Shown in pieces: positions 53,338 to 63,828 of a DNA stretch of 64,000 bases; positions within the stretch are counted from its first letter, which is position 1; each line of letters opens with the position of its first letter. The translations under genes and the position numbers were made by a program. A model generated the notes under the pieces. It made no database searches and was not told the DNA's origin. It saw nothing but the letters and a program-made list of their open reading frames with translations. The DNA is taken from positions 1,667 to 65,666 of the forward strand of contig DASPZJ010000021.1 of the NCBI GenBank assembly GCA_035636315.1, written 5' to 3'. The DNA comes from Thermoplasmata archaeon. Its GTDB lineage: Archaea; Thermoplasmatota; Thermoplasmata; RBG-16-68-12.

Positions 53338-53781
53338 ATGAAGGAGATCCGGACGGAGATCGACATCGAGGCCTCGGCGGGCCGCGTCTGGGATTCCCTC
53401 ACGGACTTTCCCGCGTTCCCGGAATGGAATCCGTTCATCCGCCGAATCTCCGGCGAACCGAAAGTCGGCACGAAGCTCGAGGTGTTCATGCAGTCCTCGG
53501 GCACTCGGGGGATGAAGTTCCGACCGACCGTCATGAAGGTGGAGCGGGACCGCGAACTCCGGTGGCTCGGCCACCTCGCCGTTCCCGGATTGTTTGACGG
53601 CGAGCACATCTTCGAGATCGAGGAACTCGGGGCGAAGCACGTGCACTTCGTCCATCGCGAGCGGTTCCGGGGCATCCTCGTGCCGCTTCTAGCACGGACC
53701 CTGGATCGCGACGCGAAGCGAGGGTTCGAGGAGATGAATCGGGCGCTTCGCACCCGGGCGGAGTCGATCCCGCCAATCTGA
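53338..53781 (+). CDS. SRPBCC (START/Bet v1/polyketide-cyclase-like) family protein
   Basis: EIDIEASAGRVWDSLTDFPAFPEWNPF...GTKLEVFMQSSG... pattern and size. Confidence 0.7.
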   Translation: MKEIRTEIDIEASAGRVWDSLTDFPAFPEWNPFIRRISGEPKVGTKLEVFMQSSGTRGMKFRPTVMKVERDRELRWLGHLAVPGLFDGEHIFEIEELGAKHVHFVHRERFRGILVPLLARTLDRDAKRGFEEMNRALRTRAESIPPI

Positions 53782-53844
53782 TCCGGTGGGAAGTCGGCGG
53801 GCGAGAAGGCTTATCCGGAGGGCGGGCTACGTCTCGCCGCGCGG

Positions 53845-54699
53845 GTGTGGACGACGGCGCGGACACCGATTTTCGATAACCACATCCACCTTCGGCCTGA
53901 GTTCCAAGGCGTCGCAGCCGCGAAGGCGTTCGAGCAAGCCGGCGGGACTGCGATGCTGCTGACCCATATGCCATACGACGACGTCCCGATCCGGGACGGC
54001 GAGGATTTCGGGGTGGCGTACAAGAAGACTCTCGCGATGGCGGATGCGGTGCGCGCGGCGACCTCCCTTCAAGTGTTCGTCGCCCTCGGTCCGTACCCCG
54101 TCGACTTCCTCGCCCTCCGAGAGGCGATTGGACCGCAGCCGGCGATGGAGGCGATGCGGGAGGGGATCGACGAAGCCGCGCGATGGATCGCGGAGGGCCG
54201 CGCGATCGCGTTCGGAGAGATCGGACGGCCGCACTTCCCGGTCGCCGCCGCGGTGGTTTCGGCGTGCAACGAAGCCCTCGAGTATGCGATGCGACGCGCG
54301 AAGGAGCTCGGATGCGCGGTCGTCCTTCATACGGAGGATCCAACGCCGGAGACGTTCGCGGAATTCGTCGAGATCGCGTCGAGGGCGGGCCTCTCGGCCG
54401 ACCGGGTCGTGAAACATCACTCGACGCCGATCACGCGACCGGAAGATACGCACGGCGTTGTGCCCTCGATTCTCGCGAAGGAGGATCTCGTGAAGACGGC
54501 CCTCCGAGGCGGACCGCGATTCCTGCTCGAGACGGACTACATCGACGACCCCCGAAGGCCGGGTGCGGTGCTCGGCCCCGCGACCGTCCCGCGGAAGACA
54601 CGGGCGTGGCTCGACAGCGGCGTCCTCAAGGAAGACGAGGCGTGGCGGATCCACAAGGACCTCCCGGAGCGGACGTACCGCATCGAATTTCGCGAGTGA
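53845..54699 (+). CDS. TatD-family metal-dependent hydrolase
   Basis: PIFDNHIHL start motif, downstream His/Glu/Asp ligand positions (FGEIGRPHF, VLHTED, LETDY). Confidence 0.7.
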   Translation: MWTTARTPIFDNHIHLRPEFQGVAAAKAFEQAGGTAMLLTHMPYDDVPIRDGEDFGVAYKKTLAMADAVRAATSLQVFVALGPYPVDFLALREAIGPQPAMEAMREGIDEAARWIAEGRAIAFGEIGRPHFPVAAAVVSACNEALEYAMRRAKELGCAVVLHTEDPTPETFAEFVEIASRAGLSADRVVKHHSTPITRPEDTHGVVPSILAKEDLVKTALRGGPRFLLETDYIDDPRRPGAVLGPATVPRKTRAWLDSGVLKEDEAWRIHKDLPERTYRIEFRE

Positions 54700-54722
54700 C
54701 GCCCTCGAACGGAGGTTCCGTG

Positions 54723-55001
54723 TCACGAGTTTCGTACGTGAAACCCTTTCGGGTCGCCTCGCGGTGACGTCCACGAGATCTCGACGTCCGTCACCTGGGC
54801 GTACGGCTGCGACCCTCGGTTCCACTCGATGCACGCCTCGATGACGGACCGGTCGCCCTCGAAGACCGCCTCGACGCTCCCGTCGGGGAGGTTCTGCACG
54901 TATCCGTCGAGGCCGAGCGACTCCGCCTTCTCCGCACAGTGCGCGCGGAAGTAGACGCCCTGCACGCGGCCGCGGAAGATCACGCGGGCCCGGCCCTTCA
55001 C
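54723..55001 (-). CDS. acyP: Acylphosphatase
   Basis: VIFRGRVQGVYFRAHCAEKAESLGLDGYVQNLPDGSVEAVFEG (VQGVxFR signature). Confidence 0.9.
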   Translation of the reverse strand: MKGRARVIFRGRVQGVYFRAHCAEKAESLGLDGYVQNLPDGSVEAVFEGDRSVIEACIEWNRGSQPYAQVTDVEISWTSPRGDPKGFHVRNS

Positions 55002-55069
55002 GGAAGCGGCACATCGAGGCCGACGGAAAGAACTTTACGAAACCGCTCGGTTCGCAATCGAGGGAGCCC

Positions 55070-55447
55070 ATGAGTCGCATCTTCGATCCGGACGAGCTGC
55101 ATCCGCTCGCCGACGGCGGGATCGACTGGGTCTTCTACTTCCGAAGATCCGAGGTCCCTCCCCGGGAACTCGAGGTCGTCGCGCGAGCCAAACGAGAGAA
55201 GTTCCTCCGCCTCGCCGTCACCTTCGGTTCGACCGACCTGCGCTCGCGGGAGTATCGGAGCACGACCGCCGTCCACCTCTGGCAGATGGACAATCTCCCG
55301 TCGAAGATCTCGTGGCGCAAGGTGTTCGTTCACGTCTTCACCCATGAGCCGCTGCATCACGCGATCGGCCGGGCCCTAGCCGAGATCGCCGACGGCGGAG
55401 ATCAGGAATGGGTCATCCGCAAGCTGGGCGACGGCCGGTGGTGGTAG
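55070..55447 (+). CDS. Hypothetical protein with an HEPLH (HExxH-like) motif
   Basis: 125 aa, protein-like composition, FTHEPLHHAIG. No family recognised. Confidence 0.4.
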   Translation: MSRIFDPDELHPLADGGIDWVFYFRRSEVPPRELEVVARAKREKFLRLAVTFGSTDLRSREYRSTTAVHLWQMDNLPSKISWRKVFVHVFTHEPLHHAIGRALAEIADGGDQEWVIRKLGDGRWW

Positions 55448-55559
55448 TCGGCCGTCGCGGGACCGCGTCGACCGATCGGGCGCATTCTCGGTGCGGACCT
55501 CTAAAGAACGTTATTATACGCGCCTCCGCTATCGCTGCATCCCCACGGCGGGTCCTTGA

Positions 55560-56714
55560 ATGAAGCGGATCAAGGCCCAAGACCTCCGCGTCTCGGACTA
55601 CATGTCCACGGACCTTGTGACCGCGGCGCCGGACGACACGATCGGGGACCTCCTCGGCAAGATGAAGACGAAGGACATCCACGAGATCCCCGTCCTGGAC
55701 CGGAAGAGGCTCGTCGGCATCGTCACGATGCGCGAGCTGATGCGCCGCCGGAATTCGCCGCCATCGACGAAGGCCTCGACGGTCCTGCAGGTCGGGCCCC
55801 AGGTCTCTCCCGAGGCGACGGTGCCCGAGGCCGCGGAGACGATGATCTCCGCCGGGTTCCGGGCGATCCCCGTCGTGAAGGGAAAGGCGCTCGTCGGCAT
55901 CCTCTCCCGATCGGATCTCGTGCGGGCCCTCGTGGAGACGCGCGCCCTCGAAGGGGTCGTCGCCCGGGAGTTCATGACGCCGAACCCGCAGTGCATCGCG
56001 GAGGACGATACGGTCGAGCACGCGGTCCAGATCATGCGGTCCCTCGGCGAGCGCTCCGTGCCCGTCGTCGACAAGAACCGTCACCTGCGGGGCGTCGTGG
56101 GGATGAAGGACGTCGTGGACCTGTTCGCCCGGCCGAAGCAGCGCGAGCAATACGGCGAGCGGGCCGGCCGCGAGGAGAAAGTTACCGTCGAGGTGAAGGG
56201 AGTCATGCAGTATCCGCCGCTGACGATCGGACCCGATGCGGACGTCCATCGCGCCGCGGAGCTCATGGCGAAGCATCACGTCTCCTCGATCATCGTGACG
56301 GAGGGGGACGAGCCGATCGGGATCATCACGACGCAGGACCTGATGCAGTTCCTGGCGAGCCTGCGGGAACGCGAGCAGCTGTTCGTCGAAATCGGCGGCC
56401 TCGAGGACGACCCGAAGGACACGTACGACGAGATCTACGCGGTCGTCCAGAAGGAGATGCGACGGATCGCCCAACTCGTGCAGCCGAGGACCCTCGCGAT
56501 CCACATCCAGAAGTACAAACCCGAGGGCGACCGCTGGAAGTATTCGCTCCGAGCCCGTTTCACCACATCCCACCGGATCTACTACGCCCACCACTTCGAC
56601 TGGGACCTGCACGTCGCCTTGGCCGACCTCCTCGACACGCTGTACAAGCGGATCGTGAAGGAAAAGGAGCGCAAGGTCACCGAGCGCAAGCGACATCACG
56701 TGTCGTCAACGTAG
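55560..56714 (+). CDS. CBS-domain protein (four CBS motifs plus C-terminal domain)
   Basis: Repeated CBS units (VSDYMSTDLVTAAPDDTIGDLLGKMKTKDIHEIPVL; EAAETMISAGFRAIPVV; EHAVQIMRSLGERSVPVVD; RAAELMAKHHVSSIIVTE). Confidence 0.8.
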   Translation: MKRIKAQDLRVSDYMSTDLVTAAPDDTIGDLLGKMKTKDIHEIPVLDRKRLVGIVTMRELMRRRNSPPSTKASTVLQVGPQVSPEATVPEAAETMISAGFRAIPVVKGKALVGILSRSDLVRALVETRALEGVVAREFMTPNPQCIAEDDTVEHAVQIMRSLGERSVPVVDKNRHLRGVVGMKDVVDLFARPKQREQYGERAGREEKVTVEVKGVMQYPPLTIGPDADVHRAAELMAKHHVSSIIVTEGDEPIGIITTQDLMQFLASLREREQLFVEIGGLEDDPKDTYDEIYAVVQKEMRRIAQLVQPRTLAIHIQKYKPEGDRWKYSLRARFTTSHRIYYAHHFDWDLHVALADLLDTLYKRIVKEKERKVTERKRHHVSST

Positions 56715-57812
56715 GTTCCAATAGGCGCCGTGGGCACGCTTCGTGGCCTCGATTGCGGCGCGGCCGCGGACGTTGTCGTCGAAGACCTCCGTGAGGGCGA
56801 GGTCGACCGTCCGCCCCTGGAGGCGGCCCACGACCCCCGCGAGGACCTCCGCGAGCGCGTCGAGGTGGTAGCCGCCCTCGAGGGCGATCGCGAGTCGGTT
56901 GCCGCAGAGGCGGGACGAGGCCTTCGCGGCACGGGAGACGAGCTCCACGTAGCCGGGCGACGAGAGGGTGAGCGACGTCAGGGGGTCGCGGTAGTGCGCG
57001 TCCACGCCCAGGCTCATGAGCACGACGTCGGGTCGGAATCCCTCGAGGATGGGCTCGATGATCACCTCGTCCGCGGTGAGGAAGGACGCGTCCCCGCATC
57101 CTGCGGACAGGGGGACGTTCACCGTGAAGCCGCGCCCATCGCCCTCGCCTACGTCCTCGGCGGGGCCGGTGCCCGGATAGATCCCGTACTCGTGCGTCGA
57201 CACGTAGAGCACGGACGCGCTGGCCGCGAAGATGTCCCTCGTCCCGTTCCCATGGTGGGCGTCGTAATCGAGGATGGCGACCCGATGACCCGAGGCCGTG
57301 CAGTCCGCTGCCGCGACCGCCACGTTGTTCAGGTAGCAAAACCCACCCCCGTAGTCGGGTCCCGCGTGGTGACCGGGCGGGCGCACGAGCGCGACTGTGG
57401 GCCGACCGTCGCGGACCGCCGCCCGCGCCGCTCCCAAGACTGCCCCGGCCGCCAGGGAGGCGATCTCGAACGTCTCCGGATGGACGACGGTCTCCGGATC
57501 GAGGAATCCGTCGCCCAGATTCCGGACGTACTCGACGTACGTCGACCGATGGACCGCCTCGACCTCCTCCCGCGTCGCGGGCGTCGCGGCTTCAACGCCG
57601 GCGTAGAGGTGCTCCTCCTTCAAGCGCTCGACAATCGCTCGCAGCCGATCCGGCCGTTCCACGTGGCTCGGAGACACGACGTGATCGAGGAAGCGGGAAT
57701 CGTAGACCAGCACGTCCGCCCGAACGTTGCGGCCGACTTCAAGGCATCGTCGAGGCCGCGTCCCACGCTGGAGTGACTCCGAAATCGCCTCGCTCTCACG
57801 ACTGATAGTCAC
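56706..57812 (-). CDS. Histone deacetylase-family protein (AcuC/HDAC-like)
   Basis: PPGHHAGPDYGGGFCYLNNVAVAA, ILDYDAHHGNGT, EGGY. The start may be an internal GTG (VLVYDSRF). Confidence 0.8.
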   Translation of the reverse strand: MTISRESEAISESLQRGTRPRRCLEVGRNVRADVLVYDSRFLDHVVSPSHVERPDRLRAIVERLKEEHLYAGVEAATPATREEVEAVHRSTYVEYVRNLGDGFLDPETVVHPETFEIASLAAGAVLGAARAAVRDGRPTVALVRPPGHHAGPDYGGGFCYLNNVAVAAADCTASGHRVAILDYDAHHGNGTRDIFAASASVLYVSTHEYGIYPGTGPAEDVGEGDGRGFTVNVPLSAGCGDASFLTADEVIIEPILEGFRPDVVLMSLGVDAHYRDPLTSLTLSSPGYVELVSRAAKASSRLCGNRLAIALEGGYHLDALAEVLAGVVGRLQGRTVDLALTEVFDDNVRGRAAIEATKRAHGAYWNLR

Positions 57813-57894
57813 GGAGCGGAACGAGTGAGAATTGAGTCGGCACTCTTAAGCGAACCCCTCCGCATATCTTTCGATTGTCGTCGTAAGGGGTCGG

Positions 57895-59871
57895 ATGCGA
57901 GACTTTTCCTCCATGAGCGGAGCGGTGCTTCTCCTCGTGGGGGCTGTCGTGGTCGCCGGCGTCGCCCCGATGTTTCGCGCACCGGTTCGATCCGACTCAC
58001 CCGAGTCCATGAGCTTCTGGGAGGCGGCCGGGCGCGGCCTCGTCACGGTGACGGTCGTCAACGAGACGTACGACCGGAACGGCGAGACGGTGACGCGGCC
58101 CGTGGGGATAGAAGTCCACAGCTCCGCGGAAGTCCCTGTAGAGGTGTCGGAGGACGCCCTCCTCATGAGCCCGCATCCGCTCGAGCCCCCGCCGGATCCC
58201 CTTCATACGACCCAAGACGCGATCCTCACCGTCCGGACGATCCCGGCGGGCGGGTCCGTCCTGTACTCGTACGGCGAGGAGGTCATCCAAGGCTTCCTCT
58301 CGGAGCCCGCTTGGTGGTGTTCGGAGGAGTTCCAGTTCGTCCAGGCCGAGATCCCATTCCGCATCGGCGGCGAGACGCTGCCTTTTGCGTTGCGGGATGT
58401 GGTCGCGAAGGAGCATTACAAGGACGGCGACAACAACACGCAGGTCGATGCGTGGACGTACTTGCGCACCCATCCGACCGTTGTCGTCGGAAAGGAGCCC
58501 CTCTGGACCCGACTCGACGGGAACGCGGGGCAGACCATCGATGTGACGATTGATGCGACGAACATCGCCGTGTTTACTTTCGAGGATGGCATCACGAATG
58601 ACGTGAACGTGACGCACGGAGCGATCGAGGACGTTGTGCCTGCGGGATGGAGCGTGAAGGAGGGGAGTTACTCCACCCCGCCGGACGAGATCGTCGAGAA
58701 CGGCGACCACTCGCACACGCTGCGGTGGTTCGTTGACCTGCCCGCCGCCCTCGAGAGCGATTCGAACGACCCGCTCGATCCGACGCCCTATGAGACCGTG
58801 ACCCGGTCGTATACGCTCGTCTCGCCCGCCCTCGACGCGGGCGTCATCGAGCTGCCGCGCGCCCGATCGGACATCGATTCCGACGGGTCCGCGGACGCCG
58901 CATCGGCGCCGCCCGTAGTCGAGGTCCCGTCGACCCGTGCGCCAATCGCGGACGCGGGCGGCCCGTATTCCGGACGCGAGGGCGGGACGGTCCACCTGGA
59001 CGCGAGCGGCTCGAGCGATCCGGAGGGCGATCCGCTCCAGTTCCGATGGGACTTCACCGGAGACGGCACGTTCGACACGGACTGGTCGTCCAGCCCGGCC
59101 GTCGACGCGGGCTACGCGGACGACTTCTCCGGTTCCGCGGTGGTCGAGGTCTCCGATGGCAGCCATGTGGCGTCCGCCTGGGCCCCGGTGACGATCGCGA
59201 ACGTCGACCCGGAGATCCGGCAGATCGACGCGGTCGCCCAAGCCAGCTTCCGGGTCGAGATGGCGGGGGAGAAGTGGCACGACCTCAACTTCACGCTCTC
59301 CTCCGATTCAGGCGTCGTAGCCCACATGGACCTGGTGCGGAGTCCCGGCGGGCCGCGGACCCACGCGGCTACAACGGGCATCGTTACGTTCGCTCTCACG
59401 GAGCACCCCGCTGCCACGCTGATCTACACGCCCCAGGATGATCCGGTGAACGGGCGGCCTTCCGGCGACAATCCTGCGTGGGTCGTCCTGATCCTGCCCG
59501 ACGGCCAGGAACGGCGCATGTCGCACAACTTCAACACGCAGCATCCGGCCACCTGGACGTGGAGCGCGGACGACCTCGTCGCAATGTTCCTGCGGACCGG
59601 AGTCACATTCCGAGCGGGCCTGCACGACGCGGGCAGCGACGATCTCCTCGCCACGTGGGACTTCGGGGACGGGACGTCGGCGATCCAGGCGTTCTACAAC
59701 GATGGTGTCGGACCGGACCCGGCGCAGAGCCAGGGAGGGAAGGCGCCGTTCGACATGGAGGCGGTCCTCGTGCACGGCTACGCGACCGAAGGCCCGTTCG
59801 TCGTCACCTTGACCCTCCACGACGACGACGGCGGCCTCGCCACCGCGACGGTATCCGTCGACAGCGGCTGA
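57895..59871 (+). CDS. Large exported protein with N-terminal signal/anchor and a PKD domain
   Basis: N-terminal hydrophobic segment AVLLLVGAVVVAGVA. PKD-like PIADAGGPYSGREGGTVHLDASGSSDPEGDPLQFRWDFTGDGTFDTDW. Sequons NET, NVT, NFT. Acidic composition. Confidence 0.65.
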   Translation: MRDFSSMSGAVLLLVGAVVVAGVAPMFRAPVRSDSPESMSFWEAAGRGLVTVTVVNETYDRNGETVTRPVGIEVHSSAEVPVEVSEDALLMSPHPLEPPPDPLHTTQDAILTVRTIPAGGSVLYSYGEEVIQGFLSEPAWWCSEEFQFVQAEIPFRIGGETLPFALRDVVAKEHYKDGDNNTQVDAWTYLRTHPTVVVGKEPLWTRLDGNAGQTIDVTIDATNIAVFTFEDGITNDVNVTHGAIEDVVPAGWSVKEGSYSTPPDEIVENGDHSHTLRWFVDLPAALESDSNDPLDPTPYETVTRSYTLVSPALDAGVIELPRARSDIDSDGSADAASAPPVVEVPSTRAPIADAGGPYSGREGGTVHLDASGSSDPEGDPLQFRWDFTGDGTFDTDWSSSPAVDAGYADDFSGSAVVEVSDGSHVASAWAPVTIANVDPEIRQIDAVAQASFRVEMAGEKWHDLNFTLSSDSGVVAHMDLVRSPGGPRTHAATTGIVTFALTEHPAATLIYTPQDDPVNGRPSGDNPAWVVLILPDGQERRMSHNFNTQHPATWTWSADDLVAMFLRTGVTFRAGLHDAGSDDLLATWDFGDGTSAIQAFYNDGVGPDPAQSQGGKAPFDMEAVLVHGYATEGPFVVTLTLHDDDGGLATATVSVDSG

Positions 59872-59910
59872 CGGAAAAAGTTCTTTACCGGACCGAGGGG
59901 TGCGGAATCC

Positions 59911-60456
59911 GTGCTCGAAGCCCGACGCGTACTCCGCGGGGACCGCGTGGTGTTGCGGCCCCTCGAAGCCGGAGACCTCCGCCGGTGCGTGAAGTGGTTC
60001 TCGGACCCGGAGGTCATCCACTTCCTCGGTCGGAGCACTCCCGTCACCCTTGCGGAGGAGGAACGATGGTTCCACGATTATGAGCGTCGGGGGGACGACC
60101 AGATCTTCGCGATCGAGGTCGGGGGTCGGCACATCGGGAACCTCGGGCTCCATCGGATCGACCGGACGCACCGCAAGGCGGAGATCGGGATCGTCATCGG
60201 CGAGCCGGAGTTCTGGTCGAAGGGGCTCGGCACGGAGGCGATGCGGGTCGCCCTCCGCTACGGGTTCGGCGCGCTCGGGATGAACAAGATTTCTCTCGAG
60301 GTGCTGGAGTACAATGCCCGCGCAATCCACGCGTACGAAAAGCTCGGGTTCGAGAAGGAAGGGGTGCACCGCGAGGATGTCTACAAGGACGGCCGCTTCG
60401 TGCACGTCGTGCGCATGAGCCTCCTCGCGCGCGAGATGCGCGACGATGCGGCGTGA
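59911..60456 (+). CDS. GNAT-family N-acetyltransferase (RimL/RimJ-like)
   Basis: VVLRPLEAGD..., IGNLGLHRIDRTHRKAEIGIVIGEPEFWSKGLGTEAMRVALRYGF, LEVLEYNARAIHAYEKLGF. Confidence 0.85.
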   Translation: MLEARRVLRGDRVVLRPLEAGDLRRCVKWFSDPEVIHFLGRSTPVTLAEEERWFHDYERRGDDQIFAIEVGGRHIGNLGLHRIDRTHRKAEIGIVIGEPEFWSKGLGTEAMRVALRYGFGALGMNKISLEVLEYNARAIHAYEKLGFEKEGVHREDVYKDGRFVHVVRMSLLAREMRDDAA

Positions 60457-60462
60457 GCGCCC

Positions 60463-61554
60463 TCAAAGCTCCAACAGCTCGCGGGCCGTCGTACTCAAGT
60501 ACTTGGGGCCCTGCCGCGTCACGAGGACGTCGTCCTCGATTCGGACGCCGCCGAATCCCGGCACATAGACACCCGGCTCGTCCGTGAAGACCATGTTCGG
60601 TTTGAGGATGACCTCGCTCGCCGGGTGCAGCCCGGCGCCGTCGTGAACCGCGAGTCCGACCGAGTGACCGAGGCCGTGGATGAACCGCCCCTTGTACTTC
60701 GTCCCGTCGATCAAGGTGCGGGCCGCCGCGTCGACGGACTTTCCCCGCGCGCCCGGTCTCATCCGGGCGAACGCGGCCGCATGCGCCCGGGCGACCGTGT
60801 CGTGCATGAGCTTCTGCTCCTCTGACGCCTTGCCGACGACGACGGTGCGCGTGACGTCGGAACAGTACATGCGGTACATCGCGCCGAAGTCGATCACGAT
60901 CATGTCGCCTCCCTGGATCTTCCGCGGGCCGGCGGTGTAGTGCGGCTCCGCGCCGTTCGGTCCCGAGCCGACGATCGTGCGGAACGACGGACCCGACGCG
61001 CCGTTCCTCTGCATCCGGTAGACGAGCTCCGCGGCGACCTCCGCCTCCGTCACACCTCCCGGGATGAACGGCAGGATCTCTTCGAACGAGCGAGAGGCGA
61101 TGCTGCAGGCGCGCTGGATCATCTCGACCTCCCGCGCATCCTTCACGAGCCGCGCCTCCATCACGGCGTCGGACACGTCAACGAACTTGGCGGACTTAGG
61201 AGCGATTGTCCGGAGCCGCTCGAAGGTCGCGTGGGTGAGCTCGGCGGCGTTGATCCCGATCTTCCGGTGGCCCTTGAGCCGTTCCCGCATGAGCTTCGTG
61301 GAATCGTCCCGAGAGCGGAAGACCTCGATCGGCAATTCGCTCTTCTTCGCGGCCTCCTCCTCCAGCGCGGACGTCGTGATCTCGCACGCGCCGTCCGGCG
61401 TGAGCCAGGCGCCGCACCCCTCGAAGAGGCCGTCCGTGAGGCCGGTCGCGTAGAAGAACGACATGTCGATGTGCGGGTCCGTCGCGTTGAGGAGGACGAT
61501 GAGGTCGACCCCGTCATCGAGATGGCGGAAAATCTGCTTCACGCGCTCGCGCAC
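60463..61554 (-). CDS. M24-family metallopeptidase (Xaa-Pro aminopeptidase/dipeptidase-like)
   Basis: Creatinase-like N-terminal domain plus pita-bread C-domain (DMIVIDFGAMY, HGLGHSVGLAVHD, VFTDEPGVY, RIEDDVLV). Confidence 0.85.
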   Translation of the reverse strand: MRERVKQIFRHLDDGVDLIVLLNATDPHIDMSFFYATGLTDGLFEGCGAWLTPDGACEITTSALEEEAAKKSELPIEVFRSRDDSTKLMRERLKGHRKIGINAAELTHATFERLRTIAPKSAKFVDVSDAVMEARLVKDAREVEMIQRACSIASRSFEEILPFIPGGVTEAEVAAELVYRMQRNGASGPSFRTIVGSGPNGAEPHYTAGPRKIQGGDMIVIDFGAMYRMYCSDVTRTVVVGKASEEQKLMHDTVARAHAAAFARMRPGARGKSVDAAARTLIDGTKYKGRFIHGLGHSVGLAVHDGAGLHPASEVILKPNMVFTDEPGVYVPGFGGVRIEDDVLVTRQGPKYLSTTARELLEL

Positions 61555-61613
61555 GAGGCTCCCCGCAGTTATTCGGACGCCGTAGTTAAAGGTTAGTCGG
61601 GTGCGAGGACTTA

Positions 61614-61991
61614 ATGCGCCACGAAGGGCTCCGCGGTCCGATGGTCAAGCGCCGCCATCGGGGCATGGAGCGGCGGATCGCGCTCGAGCGGATGACGTCC
61701 CTGTTCCGCCTGGCGGAAGAGGAGGCGCTCCAGCGCCACACGGACCGCGCACGGCGCTACGTCGAGCTCGCGCGGCGCATCGGCATGCGGTACAACGCCC
61801 GGGTGCCCGCGGCCTTCAAACGGTCGTTCTGCAAGAAGTGCCTCGCGTTCCTCCTGCCGTCGGTCAGCGCGCGGGTCCGCGTCGGCCGCGGGCGCGTCGT
61901 CGTCACGTGCACCGCGTGCGGAGCCGTCCAACGGTATCCCTACCGACGGGAGCAGACGGCGCGGCGTGCCGCCCGCGCCCGGCGTCAGTAG
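61614..61991 (+). CDS. rnp4: RNase P protein subunit Rpp21/Rpr2 (Rnp4)
   Basis: ERRIALERMTSLFRLAEE, RYVELARRIGMRYNARVPAAFKRSFCKKCLAFLLPSVSARVRV..GRVVVTCTACGAVQRYPY (zinc ribbon). Alternative start at 61641. Confidence 0.75.
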   Translation: MRHEGLRGPMVKRRHRGMERRIALERMTSLFRLAEEEALQRHTDRARRYVELARRIGMRYNARVPAAFKRSFCKKCLAFLLPSVSARVRVGRGRVVVTCTACGAVQRYPYRREQTARRAARARRQ

Positions 61992-62839
61992 GACGTCGTC
62001 ATGTCGATCTTGCCCGCCTTGCGGGCGAAGTACTCGCCGACCTTGTAGATGAGGACGCTCAGCCCGAAGAAGGCGACCGAGGAGATGACGAGGAAGAGCA
62101 GGATCGTCGGCTCGTCGTATCCTCCCAGGGTCGTGTTCACGCTGATCGTCGGCGCAAGGAGGCGGCGGGTGATGTCGAACCAATACGTCAGGGGGATCGC
62201 GCGGCCGACCGCCTGGCCCCAATCCGGGAGGACGGAGAGGGGGAACAAGACGCCGCAGAAGACGTAGAACAGCCCTGGAATGCCTTCCGCGAGACCATGC
62301 GTATGCTTCGCGGTGAGGAACGAAATCCCACCGAGGCAGATGCCGATCGCAAGGAGGACGCCGAGGCCCAGGATCGTGGTCACGAGGAACAGAGGCACGT
62401 CCGAGAGGGCCAAGTGCATCCGGACGCCGAGGAAGAAGACCCCGAACACGAGCGTGATCGCGACCGCGAACACCGAGACCGCGATCTTGGACGCCGCGCG
62501 GCCCAGGATGTACACGTAGTACGAGATCGGCGAGATGTACACGTACCGAATCGTCTGATACCATTCGCGATCCGACTGGATGACTTGGAAGGTGCCGAAG
62601 AGCACCGAGGCGACGAAGATGAAGAACGAGTTCCCGATGTACATGTACGAGAACGCGTCCGGGTCGCCCTGGGGCCGGCCGATTGCGACGAACACGACGT
62701 ACATGAGGACGAGGATGAAGGCGCCGGCGACCGGCTTGATCACGGAGTAAAGGACGAAGAGCCACGGCTCCGTCCAGTTCGAGTCCATCTCCCATCCGAG
62801 CCACGCGGCCACTTTGAAGGTCCGCCAGTACGTGTTCAT
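61985..62839 (-). CDS. ABC-2-type transporter permease
   Basis: Six predicted TM helices. ATG at 62839 overlaps the upstream stop (ATGA). The 292-aa R-rich N-terminal ORF extension is rejected. Confidence 0.7.
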   Translation of the reverse strand: MNTYWRTFKVAAWLGWEMDSNWTEPWLFVLYSVIKPVAGAFILVLMYVVFVAIGRPQGDPDAFSYMYIGNSFFIFVASVLFGTFQVIQSDREWYQTIRYVYISPISYYVYILGRAASKIAVSVFAVAITLVFGVFFLGVRMHLALSDVPLFLVTTILGLGVLLAIGICLGGISFLTAKHTHGLAEGIPGLFYVFCGVLFPLSVLPDWGQAVGRAIPLTYWFDITRRLLAPTISVNTTLGGYDEPTILLFLVISSVAFFGLSVLIYKVGEYFARKAGKIDMTTSY

Positions 62840-63828
62840 TGATGCCGTGAGGTCAGCTTCCCCTCGCGCTTCGCGAGCGTCTCTAAGTACGCCAGGGCGT
62901 ACCTTGCGAGGATCAAGAACAGGACGGCCATGACGACGAGGATCTCTAGTTCGGTCGTCACGTCGAAGATCCAAAGTTTTCCGCCGAACGCGGTGGAGCC
63001 AAGGGTGAGTTGCCGCAGCGCATCGAGACCGATCGAGGCGGGGATGAACGATCCCGCGATCGCGACGGCCGGACCCCAGCCAGGGATCCGGAAGAGCCCT
63101 CCGAGTGGGAAGTAGAAACCGCTCGAGAAGAAGATTGGCTCCTCCATCAGGGCGGACAGGTTCCACGCCTCCCGACCCCACAACAGGTAGAGGGAGGCAA
63201 ACATCATCCCGAGCCCGTATAGGGCGATCAGGGTCGCGAAGAAGACAGCCAGGAGCATCAGCGGATTTGCGACTTGGAAGATTACGCCGAAGACGAAGAC
63301 GCCGGCAATCAAGGTCGAGACGGCCCGCATCGACGTCATGACCATCCCGCCGACGGCCATGCCGCCGAGCAACGCCATGCGGTTCATCGGCGCCATCATG
63401 TAGAGCTGCAGGTTCCCGATTTCCTTCTCCCAATACAACTGGCTCGCCATGGACCAAAGGACGTTCAGCCAGAACGCGACCATCGTGCCGCCGAGCACGA
63501 CCGACGCGACAAGGGCATTGGTGTTCGAGTAGACGGCCGCCGCGTACTGGGCTTGCTGCGATGCGTCCGTGCACGGGTTGTTCCCGCACATCCCGAAAGG
63601 CGCGGTCGGCGTCGCCTGCATGATCACGGCGAGCGCTTGGTTCCCGAAGAACTGGTAGATAAAGACGTACGCCGCGATCCCGAGGAGCGGGAGGAGCGCC
63701 TCGAAGAAGATCCACGACGGTTCGCGGTTCGCGCCGACGATCCGGGGATAGGAACGGCCCACGACGGCTCGGAGGTTGAGCCCGATCCGGTAGCGCAGGT
63801 CCGTCCTCCGGACAGTCGCGACGCTCAA
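62836..63828 (-). CDS. ABC-2-type transporter permease
   Basis: Multi-TM membrane protein. TTG start overlaps the stop of the upstream ATPase gene (TTGA). Confidence 0.65.
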   Translation of the reverse strand: MSVATVRRTDLRYRIGLNLRAVVGRSYPRIVGANREPSWIFFEALLPLLGIAAYVFIYQFFGNQALAVIMQATPTAPFGMCGNNPCTDASQQAQYAAAVYSNTNALVASVVLGGTMVAFWLNVLWSMASQLYWEKEIGNLQLYMMAPMNRMALLGGMAVGGMVMTSMRAVSTLIAGVFVFGVIFQVANPLMLLAVFFATLIALYGLGMMFASLYLLWGREAWNLSALMEEPIFFSSGFYFPLGGLFRIPGWGPAVAIAGSFIPASIGLDALRQLTLGSTAFGGKLWIFDVTTELEILVVMAVLFLILARYALAYLETLAKREGKLTSRHQ